Shown one piece after another: positions 24,301 through 29,900 of a stretch of 43,540 bases of DNA (positions within the stretch are counted from its first letter, which is position 1; each line of letters opens with the position of its first letter). The notes beneath the pieces were generated by a model. That model searched no databases. It was not told where the DNA came from and worked only from the letters and a program-made list of their open reading frames with translations. The stretch lies in the IMG/VR virus record IMGVR_UViG_3300009433_000003; one strand, written 5' to 3'. A program made the translations under genes and the position numbers. The DNA comes from a virus.

Positions 24301-24650
24301 GCGAAGACCCAGAATGTCTGGCCAAGCAACTCGTCGGCGACCATATCGGGTATACGCTGGGCATGGTCCTTGGTCTCCGGGAGCTGGGCGGTATTGCTTC
24401 GGGCTTCGGTTACACAGGCCCGTCGGGTATCAACCTGTTCGGGGAGGTGGCTAAGGCTGTCAAGCAGTGGAAACAAGGCGAGGTCGATGAGTCTTGGTTG
24501 AAGAGCACTAATAAGGTCGCTGGCATCTTATTGCATTACCCGGCTTCACAGATTGAGCGGACTATCAGAGGCATGTATCACATGGCTAATGGCAACACTA
24601 CCAACCCGATGGCACCACTTGTTGGACCTGCTTACAAAGACACTAGATAG
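15399..24650 (+). CDS. Giant internal virion / ejection protein (gp16 position), polyvalent multi-enzyme protein, 3083 aa
   Basis: Single uninterrupted ORF of 9252 nt. Contains Gly-rich hydrophobic segments, an RSH synthetase-like domain, a ParB-like domain, an ART-like domain, an HExxH domain, a long helical region and a hydrophobic C-terminal third. Confidence 0.85.
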   Translation: MLNFDEAFEEEYRAYTQGPSNTPEPQQDLKPLRKATQEDANKIAADMFGQKGKDDAAFNQMAETSLSMDPEQEASAYNISNEIGVPVETVRGDLGIYQQLVAKQKALTDFSAIKENTGLSNLYTQDGQLAAMSVDDAYEQDQLWGWVTSVTETVFDATANEMRLKNEVGDVMDDTGGLLLRKYMFDNLSEEDNTELATLLEATDRANKIFADRSDIDESIALNGAEIWGQFTSSLPVMLGGAAVGAGTGYAMGAASGPGGAITAGTGALVGSSLASGAHAAVMEAGHAVHEFAGIKDLDGNFMDQDVALGAGMMVGLINGTIEAAGFGVLAKFSGAKKVLGYFSRGAIRKELIQNATLRKALKNAGKAWALGIAEQTVEEVLQESVNMLTGEMAKMYASGDFKTMTKDEAYERLGAIMYKTATGSVMLSGGTATPQFLVDVHAANKAESTKSYFQGLAEKVTTTKLHERAPKKLETLVNAAADKGPKDTVYVDALKLVETLANKDESGQTLNQDKAIAAIEEEFPSLKGKVGPALASNTPLRIPMGEYAANIAPTELHKALIDDIKFDETGMTFSEATDWRANGEKEFTKEMEKANKKAVGKREKAAPAEKVFDEVVAKLIDSGQTKEVAGTNAATWKAFFNTMAHLTGGDAYELYSAFDIDVDNAAGGGDFQSLLSSALERRPADETIVEGSGNSSPTASKSEGSAQDALPGMKSTIPAPPSTHSPTDSSNVSIFSPPSSVATSLPSTLPSSNEGGSVSLISGEFFINPSIQKSSENNKAVWQLTDELITNMGLAEQGMKGFENDLKAFASLIDGVELYGVRVKDEAGLLTKKLSRGSTWETINDYLGGRLVISNEAAMAEAMRRLEESGVEILEKDNFLHKSKKGYRAVHYTIRLPNGLAAELQLVPTEISNIQDEMHKIHDKWKAVSETLLTDEQKADRETDRDFMQGEFDREYQNYQQKQVVLSQSNNKAISDADLATGEGFFITEGLDVVSVAVNSLRTVKDAPERVDRAEKGMLGALNGGQGRKPISVMQEDDGTYTVLSGRSTASALKRLGVKNIPVRIQTMEEVELEEAAGKIGKMQMIEAGMSGEAFDASHIDEYIVGKWVATGKAHKNPDGSYILTETGLKMVEKELNEPTISSIDKLKAGAELFEPGINLEFAPDPRNETLTAKFKALSPEERLEATKAIADAVIPEIMKEMGIDNYNIETTEGGFEDDVNPSLILRAPELAFDELIELANVAGFVGSQQATIVYDESDHSGTQTGFIKIKPLVEMDENERAELYQHLHEVIPQVEGYTYRDGAIVIGNFSGWSDNPIDDDTMYLVIAEALEAYDTEHHFDLQEPVTFRSEYLETNLEDTRYGYGEQSESGRETSVRGQGRRNAKGIKAIKREASQLLESRLNGGKTNQEVNNEKWQKGTTALLKSRDTKLQVTTAAPDVFSVIDSGVKSLALTNGVLKEIQRKHPDVPAEVIANLRELVTDPEFVYRRTIPGKEDEVNIVIKGRTAKGETIVVGVHPATGMIKTVTPRHDQKGPGSGRAHLAKEIGNALKGEKKMYIENKAALSELEAAQSRPIASVAGGPKRLSAKVVTKSKLVNNLGRELEQSGFNNWFGDSKIVDDNGEPLVAYHSTKRDITEFKPAYDDGMMFFTTNAKFAGDWIRGSGGLRDMSDVGKAEALAMRSLEQELYPVHMKDAEEYDWKTPEGVAEFDKDRDNFKKAVREKTGFDSASEFEAVGESQIMPVYLKVEKLFDPRKDFKVVEELLLSFPEENGMGKLVEQGAHKQGSWIIYERPEVTELLQGLGYDGILLAENIGGPHETIAVWDNTLIKSASGNNGNFDGSGNILNQTLNDDMGGDTRGNITLPDDIRDGTTIIRMFEGQDLSTFQHESAHFFLEVMRSLAMDPMATPEMIKQWTAVSMMLDMDPEGTTTVEQHETFARTFEAYLFEGKAPNMELRKVFNSFLFWLKRVYEDVKNLNVVINDDVRAVMDRVLATEKEIEAAKDNMHYRALFDAAAAAGMDEDQYNSYTEALEEANEGAIRRMEMEILRDVSRETKLWWREEKKKVAVEAEDEINQQKVHQVIHYLMHAKNLVTGEKVGKVKMSRELAEEVLEGTGYTTKDLPGGGATALVRKGEGVRPELVAELYGYSSAQEMLLAIIKAPKRKEEIKARTKQMMIERHGDLLNDGFIEEKAMEIIHSDGQAKVLELELMALSRRSKTKFTPAAIAKNIAREILSGMTGRDIKPNTYAIAERKAARAAEKALIKSNYDEAARQKRIQLINHELYRAALEAKEDVDKARKYFKSFEKGSKRKRLDRDYLTQIDRMLERFELGKISGKQKKRRESLAEWIKSEEEKGNIVDLDERLLDETYRNNIEDMQLGEIMALKDAVTNIEKLAVLKNKLQSLNDQRELDEIVEDVAGELEAGAKGTVKDNPEMRLPQDEAGRAITGFLIGHRKLSSIVLQMVGGKRNSTLWKLLVKTANKREEHENNQKEAATITLTKLFQGLSVSKKLYMKIWRPEIGESLTKQGLLMIALNQGNQGNKTKLVEGQTVKGWSQDKIQKLLDNHMTKEDWEMVQGTLDFINSYWEESAAKQYRLTGIRPEKVEAMPIVTPYGTFAGGYFPLKYEDRVSERALVHTQQDIAKQMTQGMVGKATTKRGHLKGRVDNVQMQMRLDFGVIFEHVGEVIHDQTYHEWLVDINKLISHSGFRTAVVKNHGVQAYGTIKNTISDIAAGDVPAANHFEQGLNWIRAGTSIGYMGWSVWTSMLQPMGLTQSIVRIGPKWVAKGISRWLTGHEGMESTTEWIFSQSDFMRQRTKTMNREINEIRNKLQKSGVMTDIEDSYFWLIGKTQLIADIPTWLGEYEKQKELHNMSDEDAAALADQAVIDSQGSGGLKDMAQLQRGGPLQKLWTAFYSYFNVTYNLTAESYARTDFKSVPSVGRLAVDFMLLHTLPSAMATIMYQIVKGDCEDPECLAKQLVGDHIGYTLGMVLGLRELGGIASGFGYTGPSGINLFGEVAKAVKQWKQGEVDESWLKSTNKVAGILLHYPASQIERTIRGMYHMANGNTTNPMAPLVGPAYKDTR
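17832..18182 (+). other. Domain: RelA/SpoT-type nucleotide pyrophosphokinase (small alarmone synthetase / toxSAS-like), aa 812-928
   Basis: Aligned by eye to the B. subtilis RelQ motifs. VRVKDEAGLLTKKLSRG matches RVKSPESIIEKIKRKG. DYLGGRLVI matches DIAGVRVVC. KKGYRAVHYTI matches DSGYRSYHLIV. AELQLVPT...HKIHDKWK matches VEIQIRT...EHKLRYK. Confidence 0.8.
18411..18623 (+). other. Domain: ParB/Srx-like nuclease/NTPase fold, aa ~1005-1075
   Basis: RKPISVMQEDDGTYTVLSGRSTASALKRLGVKNIPV matches the ParB N-terminal pattern (PI.V....G.y.vl.G..R..A...lG...ipv). Confidence 0.6.
19752..19991 (+). other. Domain (tentative): PBECR-like (phage Barnase-EndoU-ColicinE5/D-RelE) nuclease, aa ~1452-1531
   Basis: LKEIQRKHPDVPAEVIANLRELVTDPEFVY...VNIVIKGRTAKGETIVVGVHPATGMIKTVTP resembles the K-H..d....i..l.e.i.dPd.v...vvv....i.T layout of these domains. 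Weak. Confidence 0.3.
20220..20894 (+). other. Domain: ADP-ribosyltransferase-like (ART-PolyVal type), aa ~1608-1832
   Basis: FNNWFGDSKIVDDNGEPLVAYHSTKRDITEF, then MMFFTTNAKFAGDW, then PVYLKVEKLFDP, then GYDGILLAENIGGPHETIAVWDNTLIKSA. This is the typical H / S-T / E layout of the phage polyvalent-protein ART family. Confidence 0.6.
21006..21278 (+). other. Domain: zincin-like metallopeptidase (HExxH), aa ~1870-1960
   Basis: FQHESAHFFLEV (HESAH at nt 21060-21074) followed by EQHETFARTFEAYLFEG as a possible third ligand region. Confidence 0.55.
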
Positions 24651-24678
24651 GAGCGGCGAAGTCGCTGAAACGACGGCC
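24651..24678 (+). promoter_or_regulatory. Conserved intergenic element, copy 2 (AGCGGCGAAGTCGCYGA..CGGCCA)
   Basis: Shares AGCGGCGAAGTCGC and a downstream CGGCCA with 3588-3611. Starts 1 nt after the giant-gene stop. Confidence 0.5.
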
Positions 24679-24711
24679 ATAATGCAACTTTTAAAATGAG
24701 GTTGCATTATG
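24679..24711 (+). promoter_or_regulatory. Perfect 10-bp hairpin covering the tail-fibre translation start
   Basis: ATAATGCAAC (24679-24688) and GTTGCATTAT (24701-24710) are exact reverse complements. The loop holds the SD-like TGAGG, and the 3-prime arm includes the A and T of ATG 24709. Confidence 0.6.
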
Positions 24712-26775
24712 ACTGTCGCCAGCAGCACCAACAAAACTGACCCGTTTTCGGGTAATGACGTCGCAACCGCGTTTGCGTTTACTTTCAAGTGCGATGACGC
24801 TGCCTCTTTAAGAGTAGTCTTGACTAGCACGCTATCCGTCGAGTCGACGCTTGTGCTCGACACCGACTACACGCTTGCACTGAACACGAACCAAAAGGCC
24901 AGCCCGGGCGGGAGCGTCACCTATCCTATATCAGGGACGCCACTGGCTACCGGCGAGAAGCTCACAATAATTCGGGACTTGGTCCCACAAACACAAGCGA
25001 CCGCCTTACCGAATCAGGGCGCATGGCAGCCCGAGGTCGTTGAACAGGCGCTCGACAAAGTCACTCAGCTGGTCCAGCAAGTGTCAGAAGCAGGCGGCCG
25101 AAGCATTAAGCTCCCGGTGAGCTCGACATTAACTGGCTTAGAAATACCAGAGCCTGAAGCTGGGAAAACATTATTCTGGAACGAAGACGCCACGGCGCTC
25201 AGCAATGGCGCGACCGGCTTAGACATCGCAGCCGCTAACAGTTACGCCATCGCAGCGGCAGCCTCAGCAGTCGCAGCCCTTGCTAGCGAAACCGCAGCGG
25301 GGAGCTCGGAGACAGCGGCGCAAACAGCACAGACAAGCGCCGAAACAGCGGAGACAAACGCCGAGACCGCACAGACAGCAGCGGAATTGGCCCTCGACAC
25401 ATTTACTGATTTATATCTGGGCGCGAAAGCAAGCGACCCAACACTAGACAACGACGGGGCCGCGCTCCAAGACGGCGCCCTGTATTTCAATACAACCGAC
25501 AACGAGACGAAAGTCTATGACCTTGGAGGCACAGCATGGCAGTCGGTAAGCGCGGCAATAACAGCGGCCCTAGCGGCGCAATCCGCAGCTGAGACGGCAG
25601 AGACTAATGCAGAAACAGCGGAGACAAACGCTGCCGCGAGCGCTGTCGCAGCTGCCGCCAGCGAAACTGCCGCCGGAATAAGCGAAACAAATGCAGGGAC
25701 AAGCGAGACGAACGCCGGGACGAGCGAGACCAATGCAGGGACAAGCGAGACGAACGCCGGGACGAGCGAGACCAATGCGGCGGCAAGTGCAGCAATAGCA
25801 ACGCTAGGAGCTGGTATTGACCTTACGTTTAATAGCTTAACAACCGACGTCGATAAGGCCGCTGGTGACGTTTGGCTGAACCACGCTACCCCGGCAAGCG
25901 CAACAGTATTGTATGTAGACAATGTTGATAATAATGCAGCAAGTATCACAAGTTTACTTGACTCGCTGGATGACCCTACCACCTCAATATCCGCGCACAT
26001 AAGAATCACAAAAGCTAGTAACCCGGCTGTCTTCGCTATTTACAACGTGACTGGTTTAGTGACTGACGGTACTGGCTACCGGAAGATTGCAGTTACTTAT
26101 GTGACTGGAGCTGGCTCATTTTTAGATAACGACAAAATCGCTTTCAACTATTCCCTGTCAGGGGATGATGGTGCAGCTGGTGCAACTGGTGCAACTGGCG
26201 CAGCTGGCGCTGGCTCTGGGGATATGCTTGTGGCAAATAATCTATCTGATGTTGCTGCTGCAGCCACAGCATTTGCAAATATTAAGCAAGCAGCAACGTC
26301 AAGCGCAACAGGCGTGTCTGAATTAGCCATTGCTAGTGAAGTAAATACAGGCACAGACGCAGCCAGAACAATAACCCCAGACGCATTAGCAGGCTCAATC
26401 CATGGCGTTAAAAAGTTAGGCGGCACCTTGGCTGAACGTGCGACTGCTGCCAGTGTTGCTACATTTTTAGACATCCCTGTTACTTCTGATATGGAGGGAA
26501 TGGAACTGTTTGACTGGATGGGCAATGTTGTGACAGCGGGGACCACAGGTACGCAGACACTAGACATCCTGAAAAACGGGGTAACAATGTTTGCCACCAA
26601 GCCTACTATCGATTCTGCTGAGACAACAACATTTACAGCGGCTGCTGCCGGGGTACTGAAGACTGACGGGACCGAGGATGTGACTGAAGGGGATATAATT
26701 TCTTTTGGCATCACGGCCTTGCATACAACCCCAGCCTTAGGTAGCGGGTTAGTTGGCTTATTCAGGAAACCATAA
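24709..26775 (+). CDS. Tail fibre protein
   Basis: 688 aa. N-terminal adaptor-like domain. A/E/T-rich coiled-coil repeats (AETAETNAETA, 5x G[I/T]SETNA). Short GxxGxx tract (GAAGATGATGAAGAG). Motif NNLSDV...ATSSATGVSELAIASEVNTGTDAARTITPDAL is typical of fibres. Confidence 0.8.
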   Translation: MTVASSTNKTDPFSGNDVATAFAFTFKCDDAASLRVVLTSTLSVESTLVLDTDYTLALNTNQKASPGGSVTYPISGTPLATGEKLTIIRDLVPQTQATALPNQGAWQPEVVEQALDKVTQLVQQVSEAGGRSIKLPVSSTLTGLEIPEPEAGKTLFWNEDATALSNGATGLDIAAANSYAIAAAASAVAALASETAAGSSETAAQTAQTSAETAETNAETAQTAAELALDTFTDLYLGAKASDPTLDNDGAALQDGALYFNTTDNETKVYDLGGTAWQSVSAAITAALAAQSAAETAETNAETAETNAAASAVAAAASETAAGISETNAGTSETNAGTSETNAGTSETNAGTSETNAAASAAIATLGAGIDLTFNSLTTDVDKAAGDVWLNHATPASATVLYVDNVDNNAASITSLLDSLDDPTTSISAHIRITKASNPAVFAIYNVTGLVTDGTGYRKIAVTYVTGAGSFLDNDKIAFNYSLSGDDGAAGATGATGAAGAGSGDMLVANNLSDVAAAATAFANIKQAATSSATGVSELAIASEVNTGTDAARTITPDALAGSIHGVKKLGGTLAERATAASVATFLDIPVTSDMEGMELFDWMGNVVTAGTTGTQTLDILKNGVTMFATKPTIDSAETTTFTAAAAGVLKTDGTEDVTEGDIISFGITALHTTPALGSGLVGLFRKP
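25675..25779 (+). repeat. Tandem 21-bp (heptad) repeat x5, including a 2 x 42-bp near-perfect duplication
   Basis: GGGACAAGCGAGACGAACGCCGGGACGAGCGAGACCAATGCA at 25696-25737 is repeated at 25738-25779 with 1 mismatch. A degenerate unit lies at 25675-25695. Confidence 0.85.
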
Positions 26776-27161
26776 TGGACCTATATATTCAATTCAGGCA
26801 CACAAGACCTGAGAACAGTACAGCGGATATAGGGGAGGTTACTCTTGTATACGAGACTTCTGAAATCGTAGAGCCACCTTCACCTACTAGTCACTTAGCT
26901 TTGGTAAAAATCACTGGGCTTCCTGCTTCGCAAAGTAAAGCAAAGTTGTACGAGCTGTTAGCCTCAGAGATTCAAGGTGAAGAAGATGTAGATGGGTATG
27001 ATGCCAGACGATGTGCTGTCTTTGATTTTGCATCATTACCTTCCCCATTTTTAAATGACTTCAATGTAAATAAAGAAGTGGATATTCCGTTTGGCATTGC
27101 TGTGTCATTACTACACAACAGAAAACTAAACCGTGGCATAACTCAGGGGGACTTTGACTAA
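26775..27161 (+). CDS. Hypothetical protein (tail-associated by position)
   Basis: 128-aa ORF. ATAATG overlap with the fibre stop. Visibly AT-richer than the upstream genes. Confidence 0.5.
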   Translation: MDLYIQFRHTRPENSTADIGEVTLVYETSEIVEPPSPTSHLALVKITGLPASQSKAKLYELLASEIQGEEDVDGYDARRCAVFDFASLPSPFLNDFNVNKEVDIPFGIAVSLLHNRKLNRGITQGDFD

Positions 27162-28174
27162 TGGCTGAAGTAGTACGCTACGTTAATACAGCATCCACTG
27201 CTGGAGGTGATGGGACTACTAATAACACTACTGGTGCTACAAGGGCATACGCCTCTAGTGCTGAGTGGAATACTGCGGAAATAACTAACCTAGTTTTAGA
27301 TACAGATAACCATGTCCTTAAGTGCTGTGGCACAGCTGCGGATACTGCTCAGCTTAATATGTCAGGATGGACTATGAGTGCTGTTTATAATTTCTTAATG
27401 GAAGGCAATCCTGATGAAGCTGATGGATGGAATAAAACCGGACTCTACAGTACAAGCCATTATCGAATAGAGACAGTTGATGCCTCTAACATTAAAGCTG
27501 CCAAAGACTCCTTTTCGACATTTAGAAACTTACAGGGGGCAACCTCAGGGACAGGGAATAATAATCCGAACGTATATCTTAAAAATACAGTGGATGTTCT
27601 CGAAGGATGTATCTTGCGTCAAGGGTGTACAGGCACTAAAGGAAAGGGAGTTATCGGTGATTATGCGCCTTTTGCAGGAAGTATAAGTAATAATATTATA
27701 TACTCTACCGACCCTTTACCTGAGCTTGATTCTTATGGGATATCTTTCAAAGGTGAGGTTAGTAGCACAGGCAGGATTTATAACAATACTGTATACGGAT
27801 TCCGCGAGGGAATTTACGCTCCTCTAGCTACTCAGGTAGGTAAGTGTAACAACAACACAGTCTTTGGCTGCACGGATGACTTTGATATGCATGCCAATTG
27901 GACGCTTGATTATAATGCTTCTGATGATGGTGATGGAACTAATGCACAAACATTATCGGGAACAAGGGCAGATGATTTTGTTGACGTAACAACTTATGAC
28001 TTTCACCCAGTAGAATCTGGTGTGTTACCTAGCAACGGCTTGGGCAGTGCCACCGATTCTAATGTACCTCTAGCAGATATTAAAGACGTTACACGTAGTA
28101 CGTCTGCACCATCAATAGGCGCTATTGAATATGGGGCAGTATCTTCATTCGTTCCAAAGATGGGAATTTATTAA
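27161..28174 (+). CDS. Putative second receptor-binding protein / tailspike with right-handed beta-helix-like repeats
   Basis: 337 aa. The N-terminus VRYVNTASTAGGDGTTNNTTGATRAYAS is typical of parallel beta-helix (pectate-lyase-fold) proteins. Contains N/G/T-rich repeats. Confidence 0.5.
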   Translation: MAEVVRYVNTASTAGGDGTTNNTTGATRAYASSAEWNTAEITNLVLDTDNHVLKCCGTAADTAQLNMSGWTMSAVYNFLMEGNPDEADGWNKTGLYSTSHYRIETVDASNIKAAKDSFSTFRNLQGATSGTGNNNPNVYLKNTVDVLEGCILRQGCTGTKGKGVIGDYAPFAGSISNNIIYSTDPLPELDSYGISFKGEVSSTGRIYNNTVYGFREGIYAPLATQVGKCNNNTVFGCTDDFDMHANWTLDYNASDDGDGTNAQTLSGTRADDFVDVTTYDFHPVESGVLPSNGLGSATDSNVPLADIKDVTRSTSAPSIGAIEYGAVSSFVPKMGIY

Positions 28175-28293
28175 TAGCGTCCCTGTGTGCCATCTTATGG
28201 ATGGTGCGCGGGGGCTTGTGGATGAAGACCAGTGCAGAAGACACATAGAGCATGACGAAGGTAAACAAGACTTACTAGCTTAAAGGATTATTA

Positions 28294-28584
28294 ATGCCAG
28301 ATTCAGATAGAAGAGACACCGACACGCTTATACTTTTAAAGCTGCATAACCTTGATGAAAAGTTTGATGCGAAGTTTGATGCGTTGAGCCAGAAGTTTAC
28401 TGACCATCTTATAGAAGACAAAGAATTGCATCTTCGAACCGATCACTTGATCCATGGTAACGGTAGCGTCGGCATGAAGGCCACCCTCGAGGTGGTCAAG
28501 AGCAGAGTCACTCTAATAAATGCTATTCTATTCGGGGCTTGGGGTGCGATTATTGGGGCCTATTTAAAACTCAGAGGCGTTTAG
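28294..28584 (+). CDS. Membrane protein upstream of endolysin (possible holin/antiholin)
   Basis: 96 aa. Single C-terminal TM segment (VTLINAILFGAWGAIIGAYL). Lies immediately before the endolysin gene. Confidence 0.4.
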   Translation: MPDSDRRDTDTLILLKLHNLDEKFDAKFDALSQKFTDHLIEDKELHLRTDHLIHGNGSVGMKATLEVVKSRVTLINAILFGAWGAIIGAYLKLRGV

Positions 28585-28992
28585 ATGCTACGCGCTAACA
28601 CTGAGCTCAAGGAACGCGGTATTGACGGCTATGGCTCCGGGTGCTTTGGCGCCAGCCGGGACGGCGGCCAAAGACTCCATAACGGAATAGATTATGAGTG
28701 CGCTGCCGGCAGCTTTATTTTTCCCGTCGAGCCCGGGCGGGTCACTAAGCTCGGCTATCCGTATGGCGACGATTTAACCTTCCGATACGTCGAGGTGACT
28801 GACGTCACTGGATATCACTGGCGCTATTTCTATGTGGACCCGGCCGTCGTGCTCGGGGACTACATCACCGAGAGCACAATGCTTGGAAGGCTTCAGGCGC
28901 TCGAGGGCAGGTATCCGGGAATCACTCCTCATTGTCATCTTGAGGTTAAAGACGGCGAGGGCAACTATATTGATCCGAGGGCGATTGTCTAG
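28585..28992 (+). CDS. Endolysin, M23 (LytM-type) metallo-endopeptidase
   Basis: 135 aa. HxxxD motif (HNGID) and HxH motif (HCH in PHCHLEV). Located in the lysis cassette. Confidence 0.8.
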   Translation: MLRANTELKERGIDGYGSGCFGASRDGGQRLHNGIDYECAAGSFIFPVEPGRVTKLGYPYGDDLTFRYVEVTDVTGYHWRYFYVDPAVVLGDYITESTMLGRLQALEGRYPGITPHCHLEVKDGEGNYIDPRAIV

Positions 28993-28996
28993 TCTC

Positions 28997-29209
28997 ATGG
29001 ACTGGATACTCACAGTGTTCATTGTTTTACCAAGCGGCCATTATGTTCAGCGGCCAGTCGCAACAGCAGAGCCTCAGCGTTCGCTCGTTGAATGCAATAA
29101 ACTCAGACTACAGTCAGACTATCGAGAAATTCCACTCGCCTACAATCAGCTGACAGGCGGCGAGGCGAGACTTGTGTGCGTCGGCAAGCCGGGGCGACAA
29201 AGTGCTTGA
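28997..29209 (+). CDS. Small protein with N-terminal hydrophobic segment
   Basis: 70 aa from the internal ATG of track ORF 28832..29209. Begins MDWILTVFIVLPSG. Confidence 0.35.
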   Translation: MDWILTVFIVLPSGHYVQRPVATAEPQRSLVECNKLRLQSDYREIPLAYNQLTGGEARLVCVGKPGRQSA

Positions 29210-29210
29210 T

Positions 29211-29414
29211 ATGATTTATATGTTTTTCAATGAGCACAAGGGGGTCAGGCGGCTCGGGCTCCTCGTCTGGTTCGCGCTGACCGCGTGGGCCACCTATCGA
29301 ATTTTTAGCAACATGACGGAAGTGTCGCCAGCTGTCGCCAGCTGTTATGCCACGCTCGTCGGCGCGGCCGCTGCATACGGCTGGCAATACATTACTCATA
29401 GGAGAGGAGAGTGA
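29211..29414 (+). CDS. Holin-like protein (two TM segments)
   Basis: 67 aa from ATG 29211. TM segments LGLLVWFALTAWATYRIF and AVASCYATLVGAAAAYGW. Charged C-terminus. Confidence 0.45.
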   Translation: MIYMFFNEHKGVRRLGLLVWFALTAWATYRIFSNMTEVSPAVASCYATLVGAAAAYGWQYITHRRGE

Positions 29415-29779
29415 CTAATATTTTAGGCATATCAATACTCGTCGGACTGTTGTCGAGCTTCGGAATGTACAAACAGATTCAAGCCAACGGCGAGATTAAG
29501 AATGAGCTCGAGACCAAGGACAAGATTATCGCTTCCCAGATATTGGAGAGGGCGAAGCTGGAGGAGACCTTGCTCGAGAACTCGAACAAGAAGAGGGTCA
29601 TCTATCGTGACAAAGAGAAAATCAAATATTTAATCAAGGAGGTTCAGACCAATGCGAGCCCTGAAGACTGTATTAATCAGCCTGTACCTGTTGAGCTTAA
29701 CTGCCTGTTTCGAGTCGATGGCTGTCAAGGAGTGCCCGGTGGTCCCGGTTCAGCTGACTCAGCCGACCCCGGTCCCTAA
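29411..29779 (+). CDS. i-spanin (Rz-like)
   Basis: 122 aa. N-terminal TM segment (ILGISILVGLLSSFGM), a charged coiled-coil region, and an embedded o-spanin gene. Confidence 0.7.
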   Translation: MTNILGISILVGLLSSFGMYKQIQANGEIKNELETKDKIIASQILERAKLEETLLENSNKKRVIYRDKEKIKYLIKEVQTNASPEDCINQPVPVELNCLFRVDGCQGVPGGPGSADSADPGP

Positions 29780-29900
29780 GTACACCGGCGAAACTTGGGC
29801 GGACGTGGCCGACTTTACTGTCGAGCTCGACGCCGCCCTCAAGGAATGCAATGCAGACAAGTCCTCTATTCTGGACTGGTCCAAACCATCACTTGACTAG
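29652..29900 (+). CDS. o-spanin (Rz1-like outer-membrane lipoprotein), overlapped architecture
   Basis: 82 aa. Signal peptide with lipobox LTAC. Pro-rich. Starts inside the i-spanin gene in another frame and extends beyond it. Confidence 0.75.
   Translation: MRALKTVLISLYLLSLTACFESMAVKECPVVPVQLTQPTPVPKYTGETWADVADFTVELDAALKECNADKSSILDWSKPSLD

Noticed and set aside
25675-25779. Regular 21-bp repeats as a possible CRISPR-like array
   Set aside because: The repeats are contiguous with no spacers, are in frame, and encode heptads of a fibre coiled coil.
25515-26714. Long antisense ORFs (25515..26009, 26148..26714, 25242..25502) opposite the tail-fibre gene
   Set aside because: They are A/S/V/L-rich mirror translations of the Ala/Glu/Thr repeat region. 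They share wobble positions with the sense frame, have no SD sequences, and lie fully inside a well-supported gene.
24709-28174. Diversity-generating retroelement, expected because the head genes resemble the BPP-1 group
   Set aside because: No reverse-transcriptase ORF was found, and I saw no template/variable repeat pair near the fibre or spike 3-prime ends.
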